Under the pieces are notes generated by a model. That model was not told the origin of the DNA. It saw only the letters and a program-made list of their open reading frames with translations, and searched no databases. From positions 796,423 to 860,422 of the forward strand of contig JAWQFM010000016.1 of the NCBI GenBank assembly GCA_033442325.1: a stretch of 64,000 bases of DNA, written 5' to 3'. The DNA is from Salpingoeca rosetta. Taxonomy: Eukaryota; Protista; Choanoflagellata. The position numbers and the translations under genes were made by a program. How positions within the stretch are numbered: the stretch's first letter is position 1; each line of letters begins with the position of its first letter. Shown here piece after piece: positions 57,329 to 64,000 of the stretch.

Positions 57329-58099
57329 CGTCGTCGCTGCTTCCAGCTTGTCGCATGTGGTTTTTGTGGTGTCGCGACCCACTTCTTTGCTTGTTGTTTG
57401 GATGTCTGCTTGTCCGGTTGGCCGGATGTGCTTCTCCTTCAGTCCTTCCCCTTCCCCTCCGCCCTTCCACCCCTTCTCAGCTTCCCGTGTTCGCCTCGCG
57501 TCCACTCCGTTCACTCTTTCGCTCTCTTCCCCTTGGCTTCACGTTGTCAAACCATGCCAATCACCAACTCTTGTTCAATGAAACAGCTCGACGTTAGGAA
57601 TGATGTGCGTGACAACACCAACAACACAACGCAAGCACGCCAAAACCAACACACAACTACACAAGGCAATGCAACGCACACACACCTGCAATCAACACAA
57701 CCCCCCTCTGCATTTCCCGCACTCAAACACAGCAGCAAAGAAGCAACAGCAGTACATCTCATCCTCGTCATCACGCAACAGGCCCGAGACCCAACAGAAA
57801 GAAGGACACGCAAAGATGACAGAAAGAAGGACACGCAAAGAACTGAAACGCAAGGAAAGAAGAAAACAACACACACACACACACACACACACACCTAGAC
57901 ACCTACACACACCCACTCACTCACGTACAGCATATGACGCATAAGAGGCCATCCACCATGCACGCTTTCAGAACGCCAACACTCTGCCAACTGCAAACGC
58001 GCACGCGCGCGTGCGTAAGTCCATGCAGACCCATCCTCAACCAGGAAACAACCCAACATCCCCTCTCCATCCCGCCTCCAGGGCTCCTTCGTCTCTTCA

Positions 58100-59691
58100 C
58101 TACTGCTGCTTTGAAAAAGCAAGAGCAAATTCAGCGTCGTCCTCCATGTCATCATCATCATCATCATCATCATCACCGTCATCATCGTAATCATCATCGC
58201 TGTGGTGATCAAGGCTGCGAACACCGCTCGTCGCTTCAAATGCGCCCATGCTGCCAAACGCCCCACCCACACGCGCATACGAAGAAGTAACTGCCCAGTC
58301 ATCCTCGCCAGCGCCAATGTTGCTGTCATCAGTCTCATCCTCCTCGTAATCGTCAAGAGCGAGCTCCTCCAGCGGGTCAATGTCCGGGTAGTCGGAGTAG
58401 TCACCGTCTTCGTCGTCCAACGCATACTTGAGGGCTGCATCCTTCTTGTCGCCGCTGCCGCTGCCAGCACCTTCACGCCCTCTCGCTCGCGCTTCAAACG
58501 TCTTGACAAACGCTTGCCGCTCCTCGTTGAGCTCTGCAACGCTGCCCCACACCTTGTTCGGGCCATCACGAGCAGTGGCCGTCTGCATGGCTGCGGGAAT
58601 GGCGCCGAGCCAGGCCTTCCTTGCCTCCGCCGCTGCAGCACTGCTGGCGCGGAACATGCCTTCGGGCACGTCCAGGTTGTGCAGGTCATCCTTGCCAAGG
58701 CACGGGCTGGCGGTGTAGATGATGCGATACAGGCTCTTCACTGCGGTTTCGGCGCTCATTGTGGTCTCGGTAAGCCGCAAGGGGCCGCACCGCAGGAGCA
58801 GGCGTACGGCAACCCGCGCGCAATGGAGGCCCCCACCGTCACGGCGGCTGCGGCTGCTGTCGTCGTCGTTGTTGTTGTTGTTGTCGTTGTTGTTTGCGCT
58901 GCTTCCGCTGACGGTGCCATTGCTGCTGTCAGAGTCAAACAGCAGTTCAGGCACGCGCTTCCTCAGCAGTTGTCGCTCGCTCGCCGCGACTGCCGGTGTC
59001 ATTTGCGACAGTCGCATCTCCAGGAGCATCTGCACGTGCAGCACGCGCATTAGGGCCAGTCGGGCCAGCCGCCTGTGGTGCCCCTGCTCCTGGCGCTGCT
59101 TGAGGATGTCTTGCACCTCCTTCAACTCCGCTTCGGCGTCATCCTTTGTCCACGTATCCTTCTTGACTCCAACCTTGTCCAAGATGGGTTTCTGTGCCAT
59201 CACCAGCTCACCCATCGCAGTGCGCGCGTTCAGCACTTGCTTCACCGACTTGTACGCGTCAGAGCCTGAACGGAAGCGACCAGAGTGCAACAGCTTTTTC
59301 AGTTCCTCCTGCGACATCTTGCTTGCGCGGACGCCGTTTTTCCGCAGCTTTCGGATGGCATCCTCCTCCTGTCGCCACAAGGGCGTGAAGCGCTGAAACA
59401 GCTGGTGCAGTACAATCCTCCGCTGCCTCGTGCGCTCAACGAGCCCTTCCTCAAACAAGTTGTGGCCGACAATGGCCTGCCACACCTTGTCGTGAGCAAG
59501 TGCCACTGCGCCGCCGCCATCGAGAACACCCGGGCACGTGCTCATGGATGGCGACAGGTCTGGCCCAGCCGCACTCTCATGTGGAGGCTGCTCACTCGCC
59601 CCGGCGCCGTTGTTGTTGGCCTTACTGGTGTCGGAGTTGCTGGCCAACTGCTTCGTGGTGTCCTTGCTCTTGCTATTGCTCTTGCTCTTCT

Positions 59692-59723
<32 letters not shown>

Positions 59724-62700
59724 TTCTTGCTCTTCTTCTTGCCGGCGCTCTGCTCAGGGTCTTCGGTGCGGGTGCTGGCGGAGTCCCGCCCATTGCCATC
59801 GCAACCAACAATGAGACTGTTCCACTTTGTTGGGAAGGGCAAGCTAAACATGTGACCGGCATACTCCAGAATGGCTGCGATCGTGAGGTCGCTGCAGAGC
59901 TTGCCTGCTTGCGTCTCGGCCCCGTTCACCTCCTTGCCCTTGCTGTTATCGTTCTCCTCGTTCTTCTTGTTCTCCTTCTTGTCCTTCTTCTTCTTGTCCT
60001 GGTCACCACTACCGGCCGAATTCGTGCTGTTGTTGTCATGTACTGCTCCTTCTCGCTTGCCGTTGCTTGCATTAACTTCTGCCGGCTCGCCATCACCCAC
60101 GCGGCCGTTAGCTACATCCACCAACTCCTTTGGGGTCATGCCGCTTGTGCCGGGCGGTGTCAGTGCGGAGGCGCCATCGCGCAGAAGATCAACCAGCGCA
60201 AACAGTGCACTTCGCAGGGACCTGCGTGCCCGTGCCAGCTTCTCGTGCGCCTGCTTTTGCTGCTGTTGCCACTTCTGCAGTTGGTCTTCAGCCTGTGGAA
60301 TTTGCATTTCAATATCTTGCTTGTCCTCGTGCAAGCGGTCGATGATGGTCTGCAAGTCCTCGTCTGTTGGCCTCATGTCGTCATCACCATCATCATCGTC
60401 GTCACCACCGCTTTCAGCGTTGCTAGCAGCGGCAGCGGCGTGTTCCTCATCCCCTTGGTCATATTGAGATGGAGAGTAATCCTCGTCGTCATCGCTCCTG
60501 TCATCGTCATCGTCGACGAAATCTGCCTCGTAGCCGTTGTCATCACTCTCTCCATCGCTAATGCTTTCATGCAGCCTGTCCTCAGCACCTTCAACGACGC
60601 CATCGTAGCTATCAACATCATCGGCATCAATGCCGTTGTCATCGTAGTTGTCATCAGTGCCGGCACCATCCTCGTTCTCATCCTGTTCATCATCCTCATC
60701 ATCTTCGTCGTCGTCATCATCCTCATCAAGCACGTCCTCATCGTCGTCATCGGTCGACACTGCACCATCCCTCTGCACCATGTTCAATAGCTCTTGGTGG
60801 CCATCGTCACACACCTCTGCCTCCTCCTCTTCCTCATCATCTTCCTCCTCTTCCTCTTCTTCTTCGTCCTCATCATCATCTTCTTCTTCGTCCTCATCAT
60901 CGTCATCGCTGCTGTCGTTTGCGCCCGTGTCATACGACCCAGCAGAGTAGTTCCCATCTTCGCCTTCGTATTCTTCTTCGTCTTCGTATTCTTCTTCCTG
61001 CTCGAAGGTGTTGTGCCCGTACAGATGAGCCTCCAAGTCAATGCGTTCTTTCTGGAGCTGTAGATGGCGCTCAAGCATGGCAGCAAGCGTGTTCGTCAAA
61101 TCGTCCACGACCTGGTCGCAGGTGAATGCATCGGCCTTTGCGCGCACCACCGCCAGCTGCGCCTGCGTCACGCGCACGTGTGCTTCCTGCATGCACAGGT
61201 GGGTGCCAGAGCACGTCACGCTGGTAGTCGTGCCTGCTTGAGGCAGTGCCGACGGCGATTCGGCGCTTGAAGTTGATGCAGTGAGCAAAGATGACGATGA
61301 TGACACCGACGACGACGCTGTCGAGGAGGAAGAGGGTGCACTCCTCGCTGAGGAGCTAGAGGCGGTGCTCCCTCGCACGGTCGCAGGCAGGCTCATGCCC
61401 GTGTCACTGGTCCGCCGTTCCTGCAGCTGACTCTTGAGATCCTCGAGTGTGGACTCGCAAGCACCAATGGCGTTGCTGTCCAAGTGCTCCAGGTGAAGTT
61501 TCGCCGCACACACGGTACACACGGGGTCGTGAAAGCGCTTTCCCGTGTCACCATCGCCCTCTGTGTCGCCACCGCGATCGTGCGCTGCCTGTGGCGGCTC
61601 GTTCATGTGGCAGTGCGTCTGGTAAACGCCCTCGCACTCGTCACACTCGAGGAACACGGGCTCACAGCACAGCATGCGTTTGTGCTGCTTTTGATCGTGG
61701 CAGCGCAGCTTGCATGCGTGACCACAGGGCAGCGGGCGCGGGCACTCCTGCGAGCAGCCACCGTGGTTGTGCGGCTCAATTGTTCTCTCAGACAGCAGCG
61801 GTGTCTCCAGCTCGCACGGGCCGTGGTGTTCATGTTGCGGACACACAATGGGAAGGCCAGCACAGACAGCCTCCTCAGGCAGGGTGCCAAAGAACTTCTT
61901 CCAGAGCCAGCGGCCTTTCTTGACGTTGCAGCGGTCAAACGTAGACTTGTTGCCCACGACGATCATGCCATCACGCGCACGAGACAGCATCACGTTCACG
62001 CGCTCGGGCTCACGCAAGAAGCCGATGCTGCCCTTGTTGTTGCTGCGCACGAGGGAAATCACCACAATCTTTGCCTCCTCGCCCTGGAAATTGTCGACCG
62101 TCACGACCTTGATGGGGAACTCGCGGCGCGCCGCCTGCAGCAGCGCCACATTGCGTTTGATCACGGCCTTTTCGCGCTTGTCTTCACCATCCTCATCACC
62201 GTCGCCGTCAGCACCGTTGTCGTTGCTGTTGGTGGCGCCGCCATCAGCACTAAGCTCACGACCGACGCTCGCTGATGATGGCGTCGCTGTTGTTGCATGC
62301 CTAGTGCCATGGATACCACCCGACGTGCCGTCGCGGCTGCTGGTGGAGTTGTTGTTGCGGTTGTCGCCGTCGTCGTCATCGTCATGGCCGTCGCCGAGGG
62401 AGAAGTCACGCCGGCGCCAGGCCTGTTGCGGGTCCTCAAACCGCCGACGCCACCGGTCCTGCTTGTGGCTGTGCAGGTGGCTGGCAAGCTCGTGTGAGTC
62501 TGCCCTGCACGCCATGCACTCGAGGTGGAGGTGCTGCTTGGCCTCCGTGGTGATGCTGCGCAGCATGCCGTCCAACAGGCGCGCCTGGCCGCCATATGGG
62601 GTGAGCACAACAATGTCGCTGCTCTTGTAGCCTTGCAGGAGCAAGTGCTGCACCACCTGAAATACGATGCGCGCCTCCCCCAGGTTGTGGCGGGAGCGCG

Positions 62701-63378
62701 TGGTGCTGTCTCTGAAGCCCTCCTTCTCGTCGTGGTTGAGGAAGACGACGTTGTGCCGCAGGCCGACGATGTCTTTGCGCTTCTTCGTCTGCTTGTGGTC
62801 CTGCAGGTCAGGATAGGTCATCTCGCGCACGAGGCGGCTGATGGCGGGGCGCATGCGGTGCTGCTCGTGCAGGGAGGCAAAGCCGAGGACAGGCACAAGG
62901 CGCTCGAACAGCGACACGTTGAGGTTGAAGCCCTCGCCACTCTCCCGCTCGAACTTGTAGCGGTTGACCTTTGGGCGCAGCTGCTTGTGGTCGCCGATGA
63001 GGATGGCGTGCTGGCACTTTGTGGGCACGGACGCAAGCACGTGCGCCTCCAGGATTTCGCCGGCTTCCTCCGCCATGTACACGGGGATGTCCAGGCCCTT
63101 GAGCACGTCGGCGTGGCCGGCAGCACCAGTCGTTGTGCAGCCAATGATGTCTGCATCCGCCAAGATGGTGCGGTCCTTGGCGGCCCGCAGCTTGCCCAGT
63201 TGCTCGTCAGCATCAGCAATAGCCCTGCGAAGGTCGACGACGAGCTCCGGGATGCGCTCATTCCAATTGAGGGCGGTCAGCTTGCGTGTATCCAGCGGGT
63301 ACTTCCACAACTTGTTGTTGGCCAAGCCCTGTGGTGGCGGGGCTCCTGTGCACCACAGCCCCCACAATGACTCGGCCT

Positions 63379-63473
<95 letters not shown>

Positions 63474-64000
63474 GCACTTGCAGACTTGGCCTTGGTTGCT
63501 GGTTTGTGCTTGTGCTTGTGCTTGTGCTGGGTGCCTGGGTCGCTGCTGCTGTTTGACCGGAGAGGCGGGAATCCAAAGGCAGCACGCTCTTCCGGGCTGC
63601 CCCTGTAGCCAAGATAGCACTGAGCAGCTGCCTCGCTGTGCCGCTCAAAGCAAATGGCGCGGCGCAGGGCGCAGATGTGGTTGCGCAAGCGTGTCTTCTG
63701 TTTCCGCAGCCTACCCTCCTCCTTCCGCTGAGCAGGCTTGAGGGCGTGTGAGTCACTGCCCTCGCGCAAGTTGCGCAGCTGATACTGCTCAAGACGAGGG
63801 TGCCTGCATCTGCTGCCCAGGCGCACGATCTTCTTGGTAACGGCGAGCTGCTTGTGGCGCGTTGCCTCCCGACGACGCCCAGCTGTGCCTTGCTGGTCGC
63901 TGCTGCCGCTTGTATCACTGTCAGCGCCGTCACTGCCGTCACCGCCGTCCCCATCGTCACCATCGTCGTCGCCGATCTCATCACCGAGGAGCTCGGAGAG
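58100..64000 (-). CDS. ZNFX1-like (NFX1-type zinc finger) SF1 UPF1-like RNA helicase; 5' end beyond the window; no introns in the visible part
   Basis: Frame open from 64000 to 58100. IVRLGS, IIGCTTTGAA, EEAGEILEAH, LIGDHKQLRP, NVSLFERL, QHRMRPAIS, TVDNFQGEE, ISLVRSN, RVNVMLSRAR, then GGCSQECPRPLPCGHACKLRCH. Confidence 0.88.
63379..63471 (-). repeat. Coding (AACAGC)n hexamer repeat encoding poly-(Asn-Ser)
   Basis: (TGTTGC)n on plus, translated as NSNSNS... in the helicase ORF. Confidence 0.95.

Noticed and set aside
59285-60790. 501-aa plus-strand ORF
   Set aside because: Antisense to the ZNFX1-like ORF; low-complexity artefact.

Overview
Eukaryotic, intron-rich genomic window with (CA)n/(GT)n microsatellites in almost every intron and one assembly gap (14379-14747). 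The style and gene content fit a choanoflagellate such as Salpingoeca rosetta (inference). Bases 1-5.3 kb are a nest of transposable elements: a Ty1/copia element with a 5' LTR, a half-tRNA-type PBS, gag with a tandem duplication, and a pol interrupted by a solo LTR; the 3' end of a chromovirus (chromodomain integrase, PPT, LTR); a copia solo LTR inserted in a decayed spliced gene; and an LTR fragment. Twelve host genes follow, the first eleven on strictly alternating strands: ATG16L(-), a GT8 glycosyltransferase(+), a Sec14/CRAL-TRIO protein(-), VPS52(+), a GM130/GOLGA2-like golgin(-), FIS1(+), a TerC/Alx-family transporter with an extra lumenal domain(-), FKBP15(+), a secreted GH63-like glycosidase(-), SHMT(+), a PH-domain/flavin amine oxidase fusion(-), and an intronless ZNFX1-like helicase(-, runs off the window). 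The most interesting items are the bacterial-type TerC fused to an extracellular domain among Golgi and glycosylation genes, the PH-amine oxidase fusion, the apparent elongator tRNA-Met half-molecule PBS, and the head-to-head gene architecture. Exon structures were assembled by eye, so gene spans are more reliable than internal boundaries.
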